Shown piece by piece: positions 18,552 through 27,850 of a stretch of 54,772 nt of DNA. The stretch lies in NCBI GenBank assembly GCA_964552295.1, contig CAZKFV010000021.1, positions 1 to 54,772 on the forward strand, written 5' to 3'. The notes below the pieces were generated by a model, which did not search any database, was not told the origin of the DNA, and saw only the letters and a program-made list of their open reading frames with translations. Position 1 is the stretch's first letter; each line of letters opens with the position of its first letter. The position numbers and the translations under genes were made by a program. The stretch is from an uncultured Thermotogae bacterium (lineage in GTDB: Bacteria; Bipolaricaulota; Bipolaricaulia; UBA7950; UBA9294).

Positions 18552-19401
18552 GCGGTATCCGGATGCGAAGCAAGTGTTATTCTCGTCTGAGCATCCATTG
18601 TCCAAGTGCAAAGGATTTGTTTTCGATGTTGATGGCGTTCTTGTACGGGGCGAAGAGATAATACCTCGCTCCCCAGAGGCAATTGAGCGACTGAGACGCG
18701 GTGGCAAGAAAGTCATTTTCATTTCCAACAACTCCACTAAATCGCGCGATGAGTACATTGCCAAATTCAAGCGAATTGGGATTCCTGTAACCGCTGATGA
18801 TCTGGTTCTCTCAACTTATGCCACCGCAATGTACGTAGCAGATCAACTGCCGGAAGCAAAAGTGTACATGGTTGGGGCAGCGGGTCTTAGAACAGAGCTG
18901 CTACTTGCTGGCTTGCAGCTAGTAGAAGATCCCCTGGTTGCCGACTACGTAGTTGTCGGCTCGGCGTTTGATGGAAATGGAAAACTCACCGAGGAAAACA
19001 CTCACCGGATAACTGGCGCGCTTCGCGCCCTCTATCACGCCAATGCCAAATTCGTAGCTACTAATCCAGACCGCATATTTCCCGCCAGAGACGGCGTAAT
19101 ACCTGGCACTGGAGCAGTGATTGGCGCACTATCCTATATGGTGGACAGGCAACCGGATATGATCATTGGGAAGCCATCTCCGTACATTGTCAAGATTGCG
19201 CTCAACCGGCTAGGTCTTCCTGGTAAAGAGTGTGCTATTGTCGGTGACATGGATACTGACATGCTAGCAGGACAAGCAATGAATATGACTACTATATTCG
19301 TTCGCTCTGGAGCAATGACTGAGCACAAACTTAGCTCTCTAGGGATATCGCCGAGCTTCACCTTCGCTTCGGTAATCGATATATTGAAAGCAGAGGAGTA
19401 A
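18544..19401 (+). CDS. HAD-IIA (NagD-like) phosphatase, copy 1
   Basis: FDVDGVL, SNNS, ATNPD, IGKP, VGD-MDTD. Confidence 0.9.
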   Translation: MVERYPDAKQVLFSSEHPLSKCKGFVFDVDGVLVRGEEIIPRSPEAIERLRRGGKKVIFISNNSTKSRDEYIAKFKRIGIPVTADDLVLSTYATAMYVADQLPEAKVYMVGAAGLRTELLLAGLQLVEDPLVADYVVVGSAFDGNGKLTEENTHRITGALRALYHANAKFVATNPDRIFPARDGVIPGTGAVIGALSYMVDRQPDMIIGKPSPYIVKIALNRLGLPGKECAIVGDMDTDMLAGQAMNMTTIFVRSGAMTEHKLSSLGISPSFTFASVIDILKAEE

Positions 19402-19404
19402 TTA

Positions 19405-20625
19405 ATGAGCAAGGAGTCTTACATAGAAGCGATTCAGGATGGAATTGAGAAGTTGCACGCCGCTGGAAGAGATGTAACCCTAGTCCATCACAACGACGCT
19501 GATGGGCTCACCGCAGGAGCGATTCTGGAAACAGCCCTGAATCGTGATAAATACAAGGTTAAACGTATCGCGCTAGAGAGGATTCATCCCCCAATCGTTG
19601 AGAGAATCCATGATCTTGCAGCGGGAAATCCAGTTTTGTATACGGACCTTGCGGGAAGGGCAGCTCCTACTATCTGCGAGGTGAACCGTGATCGCTCATT
19701 CACCCTTATCCTTGATCACCATCCAGCAGAGGAATCAACCTCCGATAAGGTACTGAATCTGTCTAGCGAACGCTTTGGCCTGTCCGGGGAGGACGAAATA
19801 TCTGCAGCAACTGCAGCAACAATGTTCGCTACCGTGCTAAGTGACAAGAACCTTGATCTTCGGTATCTTGGTGTAATAGGTGCAATTGGAGATTCTCACG
19901 ATCGCGGGGGTAAGCTCATTTCCTACAACCGTGAGGCACTGGTTGACGCTGTAGAGCGAGGAGACATTGCGATAAAGTCCATATCGGACGAAAAAGAGGA
20001 ATATGCACTAACCCGCTTCGGAGGTGAGATTCCGCTGACGCCATTCTCCAAGTCCCTTACGGTCCTTGGCGCAGCTGGGTATGCAATGGGAGGGCCAGAA
20101 ATAGCAATCAGGGCTTGCTTTCAGGGCCAGAACGCCGAGTACGTAGATAAGCTTTCTGAGATGAATTCGCTCAAGGAACAAATGTTCACGAAAGTACTCA
20201 CCAAACTCAAAAGCGGCGGACTCAAGATTACTCCTCACCACCAATGGTTCGTTGTTGGCAATGGTTTTGCTCCCATGGGAGTGAAGATTATTGGTGAATT
20301 CTGCATGGACATTCGCGATGAGCAGTTCATGGATCCAAGCAAATATATCGCTGGATTCCAGGACATGCCCACCGAGGTCCCAGGACTGGGCACTTTCGAG
20401 TGGGATTTGGCAAAGGTTTCGATGCGGGTACCTACCCCACTTGGGCAAATGATCATAGAAGAGAACATGCCTGGCCTAGATTGGCTTCTGCCCGAGGCAG
20501 CTGAGAAGGTTGATGGTACAATAGATGCCTGCCACGGGTACGCAGCCGCGGCGCTCATTCCGCACGGTCGTGAGGAAGAGCTGATCGAGGTTATGGATGA
20601 GCTTCTGAGTCAAAGACGATTATGA
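19405..20625 (+). CDS. DHH-family phosphoesterase, archaeal RecJ/GAN-like
   Basis: HHNDADG, YTDL, LDHH, GAIGD motifs; degenerate DHHA1 end ACHGYAAAA. Confidence 0.82.
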   Translation: MSKESYIEAIQDGIEKLHAAGRDVTLVHHNDADGLTAGAILETALNRDKYKVKRIALERIHPPIVERIHDLAAGNPVLYTDLAGRAAPTICEVNRDRSFTLILDHHPAEESTSDKVLNLSSERFGLSGEDEISAATAATMFATVLSDKNLDLRYLGVIGAIGDSHDRGGKLISYNREALVDAVERGDIAIKSISDEKEEYALTRFGGEIPLTPFSKSLTVLGAAGYAMGGPEIAIRACFQGQNAEYVDKLSEMNSLKEQMFTKVLTKLKSGGLKITPHHQWFVVGNGFAPMGVKIIGEFCMDIRDEQFMDPSKYIAGFQDMPTEVPGLGTFEWDLAKVSMRVPTPLGQMIIEENMPGLDWLLPEAAEKVDGTIDACHGYAAAALIPHGREEELIEVMDELLSQRRL

Positions 20626-21593
20626 GAAGGCACTCATACAAAATAGCTCTCGTATTCTTTTTTGCTGTAATGGTTTTCGTACGCACCGCCATAGGTGCCG
20701 TTCCCCACAACCCTATCTCTATTTCCTTGGATGACAAGCCAGACACAAATGATGGCATCGTATCAGGATCTGGGGTGGTTGACGATCCTTTCGTAATAAG
20801 CGGCTGGTCGATCCAGGTAAAGTCGGGTACAGCAGTTGAAGTTAAGAACACATCAGCGTGCTTAGTTATCCGAGACTGCAAGATAGTAGGAGACGGTCGT
20901 AAGGGCATCGGCATTCTCCTAAGCAACGCTCCATGTGTTCAGGTAACAAATTGCCAGCTTAGTGGTCTTAGAACTGGGATATTTGTTTATCAATCACCCG
21001 GGGTAATCGCCAACAAAAATAACATCACTTCTTGCCTGCGTGGCATCGAAGCAATAGAATCAGACGATTCCGCCATTGGCGGGAACACAGTTGTTGATGT
21101 ACAGGAGCACGCGATTTTTCTTTGGCGTTCGCAATTAGCTTCAGTCTCGGAGAACACTGCTAAAAACTGCCGTAATGGAATATATCTTGATAGTTGCCAT
21201 CACAACAGTATCGAAAGAAACCACGTACAGGAACTGAGTCACGGGATTTTTATTTGGGATAGCTTTGATTGTGTTGTGGTTAGAAATATCATTGAAAATT
21301 GCGAGCTCGGCCTTGCTATAGTACACACCTCTGAACGAAATCTGATTTTTCATAATTCCTTCAAAAATAACGTGCGGCCTGCTACCTGTGATTCCATTAG
21401 AAATTCATGGGATGATGGTTATCCAACAGGAGGCAATTTTTGGCAAGGCCAACCAACAGTTGACCTGCTGTCTGGAGAAAATCAAAACCTGCCAGGACCA
21501 GATGGGATTTCTGACAACCCGATACAGGTACCATTTCAGAACTTGGACCGCTACCCACTGATTGAACAACCTGTTAATGGACACAGAGAGTAG
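20622..21593 (+). CDS. secreted right-handed parallel beta-helix (NosD/CASH-like) protein
   Basis: signal peptide; repeated GI-x-[LIV]...N-x-I-xx-N coils; C-terminal WDDGYPTGGNFW...DGISD...DRYPL; ATGA overlap with DHH gene. Confidence 0.8.
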   Translation: MRRHSYKIALVFFFAVMVFVRTAIGAVPHNPISISLDDKPDTNDGIVSGSGVVDDPFVISGWSIQVKSGTAVEVKNTSACLVIRDCKIVGDGRKGIGILLSNAPCVQVTNCQLSGLRTGIFVYQSPGVIANKNNITSCLRGIEAIESDDSAIGGNTVVDVQEHAIFLWRSQLASVSENTAKNCRNGIYLDSCHHNSIERNHVQELSHGIFIWDSFDCVVVRNIIENCELGLAIVHTSERNLIFHNSFKNNVRPATCDSIRNSWDDGYPTGGNFWQGQPTVDLLSGENQNLPGPDGISDNPIQVPFQNLDRYPLIEQPVNGHRE

Positions 21594-21623
21594 CTCCGAA
21601 CAATTCACTCAAGGAGGCTTCAT

Positions 21624-22580
21624 ATGAGACGCATATCTAGCGTGCTAGTACTTGTTGTAATAATCGGCTTGGCCGGATTTGGCCAGGGGAAAATAGTCAT
21701 TGGACACCGTGGAGCGGCAGGCTATCTACCAGAACACACCCTGGAAGGATATGCCTACGCGTACGCTCTTGGGGCCGATTACATCGAGCCGGATCTCATA
21801 ATGACCAAAGATGGCCAATTCATTTGCATGCACGACATCTATCTCGAGCCAACGACCGACGTTGAACGGCTCTTTCCTGATCGGAAACGTAATGATGGTC
21901 ACTGGTACGCCGCTGATTTTAGTCTGAACGAGATCAAGACTCTGAGCGTACATGAACGCTGCAAGTCCAACGGCAATCCCTATTTTCCTGATCGCTTTCC
22001 GGTTGACGCATCACGTTTTTGTGTTCCCACCTTTGCTGAGATGATCGAACTGATTCAGGGCCTTAACAACAGCACAGGGTGTAATGTGGGAATCTACCCG
22101 GAGCTAAAGCGTCCGGCCTGGCACTCATCGGAGGGATTACCGATGGAGGAAGCGATTCTCGACCTTCTCGACCGCTACGGCTACTGCGACGCCGATGCCA
22201 AGGTGTACATCCAGTCATTCGAAGCTGACTCCCTCAAGAGACTCCGTTTTGATCTGGGAACCAACCTCAATCTCCTTCAGGCAATCAGCGCAAGCTTCTC
22301 ATATTCGCACATGTGGACTAAGGGTGGTCTCGATGAGATTGCAGGTTACGCAAACGCCATCGGACCATCCAAGACAATCATCGAGAGCAATCCCGCATAT
22401 GTGGAATGGGCCCACACACGCGGACTTCTAGTACATCCCTATACATTTCGCAAAGACGACTTGCCTGCAAAATACGATAGCCTAGAAGCCGAGATCGATC
22501 AGTTCTTTTTTGCTTATGGTGTGGATGGCCTTTTCACCGATTTCGTTGACGTTGCTTTAGGCACTCTTAGAAAGGATTGA
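21624..22580 (+). CDS. glpQ: secreted glycerophosphodiester phosphodiesterase
   Basis: signal peptide; IGHRGAAGYLPEHTL, ADYIEPDL, GIYPELK, IQSFE, VHPYTFR, GVDGLFTDF. Confidence 0.94.
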   Translation: MRRISSVLVLVVIIGLAGFGQGKIVIGHRGAAGYLPEHTLEGYAYAYALGADYIEPDLIMTKDGQFICMHDIYLEPTTDVERLFPDRKRNDGHWYAADFSLNEIKTLSVHERCKSNGNPYFPDRFPVDASRFCVPTFAEMIELIQGLNNSTGCNVGIYPELKRPAWHSSEGLPMEEAILDLLDRYGYCDADAKVYIQSFEADSLKRLRFDLGTNLNLLQAISASFSYSHMWTKGGLDEIAGYANAIGPSKTIIESNPAYVEWAHTRGLLVHPYTFRKDDLPAKYDSLEAEIDQFFFAYGVDGLFTDFVDVALGTLRKD

Positions 22581-22632
22581 AGACTCACCGTCCAGATGAA
22601 TGCTGGGTCTCAACAACGATCACGTGAGAGAA

Positions 22633-22661
22633 TTGTCCAGCGCAATACTACCTGCTATAAT
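22633..22661 (+). promoter_or_regulatory. sigma70 promoter of second ugp module
   Basis: TTGTCC-17-TATAAT with extended -10 TGc. Confidence 0.65.
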
Positions 22662-22772
22662 CTTTTCGCAAGCAGATGAAACAAATAGCAATTACAGCAT
22701 CTGCGGGGGGTGAGCGTCTAACTGCTGCATAAGGCTTAGAGACAGGTCTAACAATCACAAAGGAGGCAACAG

Positions 22773-24074
22773 ATGAAACGTGTAGTAATAATTGCCATGC
22801 TAGCTCTTCTCGTTATTTCGGGACTGGCGCTGGCACAGGAAAAGACCCAGATTACATGGTGGCATGCGATGAGCGGGTCTAGGCTTGCTGTAGTAGACTC
22901 AATCGTTGATCAGTTCAACGCCGCCAACCCTGACATAGAGCTAACAGCGCTGTTCACCGGCACTTACGATGAAACACTGACGAAGTTCATCGCTTCATAT
23001 CAAACCGGGACGGGTCCGAATCTAGTACAGGTTTACGAGGTAGGAACCCAGGCTATGCTTGGTAGTGGAGCGATCATCCCCGTTTATCAGGTTCCAGACA
23101 TGCTGGAACAGACATGGGACTGGGGGCAGTATATAATCCCGATCACGAATTACTACTCCAAGGACGGAAACCTGTGGTCGATGCCGTTTAACTCATCAAC
23201 CGCGATGCTCTACTACAACAAGGACCTGTTTGTTCAGGCGGGTCTGGATCCGAACAAACCTCCTACAACCTGGAAGGAACTTGAGGAATACGGAGTTAAG
23301 TTACGCGAGAGTGGTGTACAGAATGTCCTGTCTACAGGTTGGCCAGGTTGGATACTTGAGCAGATGTTCACGACGCACAACCAGCTGTTTGCCAATAACG
23401 ACAACGGCAGAAGCGGCTTATCGACCGAGGTCCTGTTCAACGGTGAGTTCGGTACTATGGTGCTGGATACATGGGCAAACCTTGCTAAGAAGGGGATTTT
23501 CACATACGAGGGCCCTGAATACTCAGCTAACACGTCTTTTGTATCTGGACAGCTTGCGATTCTCTTACAGTCCACATCATCGCTAACCGGGATTTTGAAG
23601 GGAGCCCAATTTGATGTAGGTACAAGCTTCCTTCCTCGCTTTGAAGGATACCCGATGGGTAACTCGGTCATCGGCGGCGGTAGCCTGTGGGTGCGTAAGG
23701 GCCAAAGCGACGAAGAGCTTAAAGCAGTGTGGGAGTTCCTGAAGTTCCTCGGGAACACAGACATAGCCATCGAGTGGCACAAGGGAACAGGCTATTTCCC
23801 AACCTCAAATTCGGCAGTTAAGACGCTCCTCGATGAAGGCTGGTACAGCCAAGACCAGAACTATCTCACGGCTTTCTTAGAGATCCTCGTAGGACGACGT
23901 GACACGCCGGCAGTTATGGGCGTACGCCTTGGGACGTTCGTTGAGATCCGCGAGATCGAGCGTACGGCAATAGAGAAGGCGGTTTCTGGGGTGCTAACTC
24001 CCAAGGAAGCCTTGGACGAAGCTGCACAGAAAGCTAACCAGCTTTTGCAGGATTACGCAGAGCTAAATGGCTAA
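22773..24074 (+). CDS. ugpB: UgpB-like ABC substrate-binding protein, copy 2
   Basis: AAGGAGG SD; signal ALA|QE; WWHAMSG, QVYEVGT, SMPFNSSTAMLYYNKD, IGGGSLW, WHKGTGY. Confidence 0.88.
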   Translation: MKRVVIIAMLALLVISGLALAQEKTQITWWHAMSGSRLAVVDSIVDQFNAANPDIELTALFTGTYDETLTKFIASYQTGTGPNLVQVYEVGTQAMLGSGAIIPVYQVPDMLEQTWDWGQYIIPITNYYSKDGNLWSMPFNSSTAMLYYNKDLFVQAGLDPNKPPTTWKELEEYGVKLRESGVQNVLSTGWPGWILEQMFTTHNQLFANNDNGRSGLSTEVLFNGEFGTMVLDTWANLAKKGIFTYEGPEYSANTSFVSGQLAILLQSTSSLTGILKGAQFDVGTSFLPRFEGYPMGNSVIGGGSLWVRKGQSDEELKAVWEFLKFLGNTDIAIEWHKGTGYFPTSNSAVKTLLDEGWYSQDQNYLTAFLEILVGRRDTPAVMGVRLGTFVEIREIERTAIEKAVSGVLTPKEALDEAAQKANQLLQDYAELNG

Positions 24075-24086
24075 ATAAATAGGCTT

Positions 24087-24125
24087 GTGCGGAGGCATGC
24101 CTTGTGTTTGCCTCCGCACGTCTTT
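24087..24125 (+). terminator. intra-operon hairpin after second SBP gene
   Basis: 11-bp stem GTGCGGAGGCA / TGCCTCCGCAC followed by GTCTTT. Confidence 0.65.
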
Positions 24126-24149
24126 GACTTTCGATCTAGGAGAGCATTC

Positions 24150-25043
24150 ATGCAGGAAGACAGATTTCCCGGGCATCGTTTTCTTCCCTACATCCTGATT
24201 CTGCCTTCGGTGGCGATTATTGTCATCTTCCTGGTAGTTCCATTTGTCCAAAGCGTGCAGCAATCCTTTTACGTATCGACTGCATTTGGAACCAAGACAA
24301 TATTCGTTGGACTGCGAAACTACATGCGGTTGTTTGCTTCACCCGATTATCATAAGAGCATAATAACTACACTCATATTTGCTGGGTTTGTGATCATGAT
24401 TGGGCTCTCCGCATCACTAGCGATCGCTCACCTATTGAATGCCAAGATTCGCGGACGAGGATTCTATCAGATAGCGCTCATCTGGACGTATGCATTATCG
24501 CCGGCTGTGGCTGGAACAATATGGGCGCTGATGTTTTCCCCGTCGACAGGGATCGTGCCCTACATTGTCGGCAAGTTATTTGGCGGATATACCCTCAATT
24601 GGATGACAAACGGTTCTATAGCATTGCTTGTGGTATCTGCGGCGGCAACCTGGAAGATGCTAGGGTACAACATCGTCTTCTTCTTAGCTGGGTTGCAGAA
24701 CGTGCCAGAGGAACTTCATGAGGCGGCGCGTGTTGACGGTGCGAGTGGATGGCGCACTTTCTGGAGGATAACTTTCCCCATGCTGTCGCCAACAACAACG
24801 TTTCTTCTTTTCGTTAATATGCTTTATTCGTTCTTTCAGGTCTTTGGACTGATAGACATAATGACGCGAGGCGGCCCGGGAAATGCGACGAATATCCTCA
24901 TCTACAAACTGTATCGCGATGGATTCGTGTACTTGAATAGCGGGTCAGCATCCGCGCAATCATTCATCATCTTCATCGTCATCTCCGTTGCCGCAGTCAT
25001 CCAGCTGCGAGTAGTGACACGGAAAGCGGTCTACACTCGCTGA
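24150..25043 (+). CDS. ugpA: ABC permease, UgpA-like, copy 2
   Basis: start moved to ATG after AGGAG; IWTYALSPAVAG, GYNIVFFLAGLQ, EAARVDGA. Confidence 0.88.
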   Translation: MQEDRFPGHRFLPYILILPSVAIIVIFLVVPFVQSVQQSFYVSTAFGTKTIFVGLRNYMRLFASPDYHKSIITTLIFAGFVIMIGLSASLAIAHLLNAKIRGRGFYQIALIWTYALSPAVAGTIWALMFSPSTGIVPYIVGKLFGGYTLNWMTNGSIALLVVSAAATWKMLGYNIVFFLAGLQNVPEELHEAARVDGASGWRTFWRITFPMLSPTTTFLLFVNMLYSFFQVFGLIDIMTRGGPGNATNILIYKLYRDGFVYLNSGSASAQSFIIFIVISVAAVIQLRVVTRKAVYTR

Positions 25044-25052
25044 GGTGAGACA

Positions 25053-25880
25053 TTGATAAGCAGAACAAGAAGCAAGATAATGATTCACGCACTGCTCATC
25101 TTTCTGGTGGCCGTCATTGCCTTCCCGGTGTTCTATGCCCTGATCACAAGCACATTAAGCTTTCAGCAAGCATACTCGTATCCGCCGCGCCTTGTTCCTG
25201 GCAACCAACTGTGGGTAAACATAACGCAGGCATGGCAGCGAACCAATTTCGGACGTTTGTTTTTCAACAGCACTTTTATCTCTGTAGTTGTATCGCTCGT
25301 GAAGATTATACTTGCGTTGCTTGCAGCTTTTGCCTATACACACTTTCGTTTCCGTGGACGTGCTCTGCTCTTCCCAATGACAATGGTCACCCAGATGCTT
25401 CCTCTTCCTGTGAGAATTCTTCCGACGTACCACTTGATGGCCTCCTTTCACTGGATTAATTCTTACTATGCGCTCATGTTCCCGTTCTTTGCCAGCACCA
25501 CCGGCATACTCCTGTTTAGGCAGTTCTTCATGACCGTACCACGAGACCTGTCGGATGCAGCTCGCGTTGACGGCACAGGGCCCATGCGCTATTTCCTGCA
25601 AATTCTCGTTCCTATTTCAAAGACCAATATCGCCGCATTATTTGTCATCGAATTCATATTTATTTGGAGTCAGTATCTATGGCCATTGATAGTTACAACG
25701 ACGGGAGACATGCGCGTAGTTCAGATAGGGCTCAAAATGCTTCTGGCGAGTGAGCAAATAGCCCCGGAATGGAACGTTATCATGGCCGGTACAATCATTG
25801 CCATGCTGCCCCCACTTGTGGTACTAATAGTCTTCCGCAAGAGCTTCGCCGAGGGTATCGCCATGCAGTCTGAGAAATGA
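25053..25880 (+). CDS. ugpE: ABC permease, UgpE-like, copy 2
   Basis: LFRQFF, DAARVDG, WSQYLWPL, C-terminal QSEK. Confidence 0.88.
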   Translation: MISRTRSKIMIHALLIFLVAVIAFPVFYALITSTLSFQQAYSYPPRLVPGNQLWVNITQAWQRTNFGRLFFNSTFISVVVSLVKIILALLAAFAYTHFRFRGRALLFPMTMVTQMLPLPVRILPTYHLMASFHWINSYYALMFPFFASTTGILLFRQFFMTVPRDLSDAARVDGTGPMRYFLQILVPISKTNIAALFVIEFIFIWSQYLWPLIVTTTGDMRVVQIGLKMLLASEQIAPEWNVIMAGTIIAMLPPLVVLIVFRKSFAEGIAMQSEK

Positions 25881-26674
25881 GCATGATTTACGGATATTTA
25901 CTCGATCTAGATGGTACCGTATACCTAGGCGATCGCTTGATCGATGGTGCAGTAGACACCATCGCTAGCTTGCGTTCACGCGGCCGCAAGATCGTTTTTC
26001 TAACCAACAAACCGCTATATTCGCGCGCTGATTATGCGCGAAAACTAACTGATCTTGGAGTACCGACAGCAGAGGATGATGTCGTCAATTCCTCATACGT
26101 GCTAGCACGCTACATCGCAGAGCGCTCTCCTGGAGCAATGGTGTACGCAATTGGGGAAAAACCGTTGCTCGTTGAACTTGAGGACGCAGGTTTGTCGCTT
26201 TCTGACGACCCAGATCGAATTAAGTATGTCATCGCCGCATTTGATCGCACATTCAACTACGAGAAGCTGAACATTGGCTTTCAGGCAATAAGGCGAGGCG
26301 CACACTTCGTGGCCACCAACGCCGATCGCTCCTGTCCAGTCGACGGAGGCCAGATTCCCGATGCTGCTGGAGTGATTGCTGCGCTCGAAGCAACTACCGG
26401 GAAAAAGGTGGAAACCGTGGTTGGCAAGCCGTCACCAATGATCGTCTCTATCGCGATAGATCGGCTGGGAGTTGCTGGCAAGGAGTGTGCCATGGTCGGT
26501 GACCGCCTGGAAACAGACATGAAGATGGCAAAGGATGCCGGTCTGGTTGCAATACTAACGCTGACCGGAATCGCATCACCCGCTGATCTAGCAGCCTCCA
26601 AGATCAAGCCAGACTATGTAATTGAAAGCATTTCTAGGCTTAGCGGGCTCGATGTACAGCTCCAGAAAGCATAA
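25877..26674 (+). CDS. HAD-IIA (NagD/AraL-like) phosphatase, copy 2
   Basis: LDLDGTVY, LTNK, ATNAD, VGKP, VGDRLETD. Confidence 0.92.
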   Translation: MSMIYGYLLDLDGTVYLGDRLIDGAVDTIASLRSRGRKIVFLTNKPLYSRADYARKLTDLGVPTAEDDVVNSSYVLARYIAERSPGAMVYAIGEKPLLVELEDAGLSLSDDPDRIKYVIAAFDRTFNYEKLNIGFQAIRRGAHFVATNADRSCPVDGGQIPDAAGVIAALEATTGKKVETVVGKPSPMIVSIAIDRLGVAGKECAMVGDRLETDMKMAKDAGLVAILTLTGIASPADLAASKIKPDYVIESISRLSGLDVQLQKA

Positions 26675-26696
26675 CCTAGTTGTTAAGGAGACAATT

Positions 26697-27803
26697 ATGG
26701 AAGAAGAAACGACGCGAGTTCCTGTAGATATGATTCACAGCTTCATGATTGACGTTTTCACAGCCCTTGGGGTGCCAGATGACGACGCTAAGACGTGCGC
26801 AGAGGTCCTTATCGCTTCGGATCTGAGGGGAATTGAATCACACGGCGCAGGTCGGCTAAAGATGTACTATGATCGCATTAAACAGGGCATTCTATCGCCA
26901 ACCACGCAGTTTGAGGTTGTCAAGGAGACCGAAACAACGGCCTTGATTGATGGACACAACGGAATGGGACACGTCATATCTGTTCGTGCCATGCAGATGG
27001 CGATAGACAAAGCTAAGCAATACGGGATGGGATCTGCAGCAGTGCGCGAGTCAACACACTTTGGGATCGATGGTTACTACTCGCTGATGGCAGTCAAGCA
27101 GGGCATGATTGGAATGGCATTCACAAACGCCCGTCCCTCGATGGCGCCAACATTTGGGATCGATCCTTTGCTTGGAACTAACCCCATTGCCTTTGGTGCT
27201 CCTAGCGATGAGGAATTCCCTTTTCTATACGATGCAGCCACCTCAATCACGCAGCGCGGGAAGATAGAACTCCTCGATCGAGCCGAGAAGCCAACTCCAG
27301 CTGGATGGGTAATTGACCGCGATGGTGAGACAGCAACTAATACCAAGGCAATCCTTGCCGGGCTGACGAAGGAAGACAACGCATTTGTTCCCTTGGGCGG
27401 TATTGGGGAAACGCTTGGAGGACACAAGGGTTATGGCCTAGCAACTATGGTGGAGATACTCTCGGCATCGCTTCAGTCAGGGATGTTCCTGCGTGCCTTA
27501 AGCGGCTTCAATGACGATGGCAGCCCCAGGCCCCACCGTCTTGGACACTTCTTCATGGCGATTGACATTGAGCACTTCTTACCACTAGAGCAGTTTAAGA
27601 AGACAACCGGCGATATCTTGCGCAAGTTGCGCAACTCAACCCTCGCCCCTGGTGAAGAAAAGATATATACCGCGGGAGAGAAGGAGTGGCTGAAGGAGCA
27701 AGAAATTCGCCAATATGGAATACCAGTTAACCTCAACCTGCAGAAGAACCTACTGGCAATGAAGGAAGGCTTGGGATTAGATTCCTACAAATTCCCATTC
27801 TAG
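26697..27803 (+). CDS. Ldh_2 family (malate/L-lactate/sulfolactate-type) NAD(P) dehydrogenase
   Basis: start moved to ATG after AAGGAG; DLRGIESHG, HFGIDGYY, GTNPIAFG, GGHKGYGL. Confidence 0.9.
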   Translation: MEEETTRVPVDMIHSFMIDVFTALGVPDDDAKTCAEVLIASDLRGIESHGAGRLKMYYDRIKQGILSPTTQFEVVKETETTALIDGHNGMGHVISVRAMQMAIDKAKQYGMGSAAVRESTHFGIDGYYSLMAVKQGMIGMAFTNARPSMAPTFGIDPLLGTNPIAFGAPSDEEFPFLYDAATSITQRGKIELLDRAEKPTPAGWVIDRDGETATNTKAILAGLTKEDNAFVPLGGIGETLGGHKGYGLATMVEILSASLQSGMFLRALSGFNDDGSPRPHRLGHFFMAIDIEHFLPLEQFKKTTGDILRKLRNSTLAPGEEKIYTAGEKEWLKEQEIRQYGIPVNLNLQKNLLAMKEGLGLDSYKFPF

Positions 27804-27821
27804 CAGACAGCATGCTTGCCG

Positions 27822-27850
27822 TTGATTCACACTGACACCACGCGTATTAT
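27822..27850 (+). promoter_or_regulatory. putative promoter of glpK operon
   Basis: TTGATT-17-TATTAT; GAGGAG SD downstream. Confidence 0.55.

Noticed and set aside
20622-21593. True NosD of nitrous oxide reductase maturation
   Set aside because: No nos genes nearby; only the generic beta-helix fold is supported.
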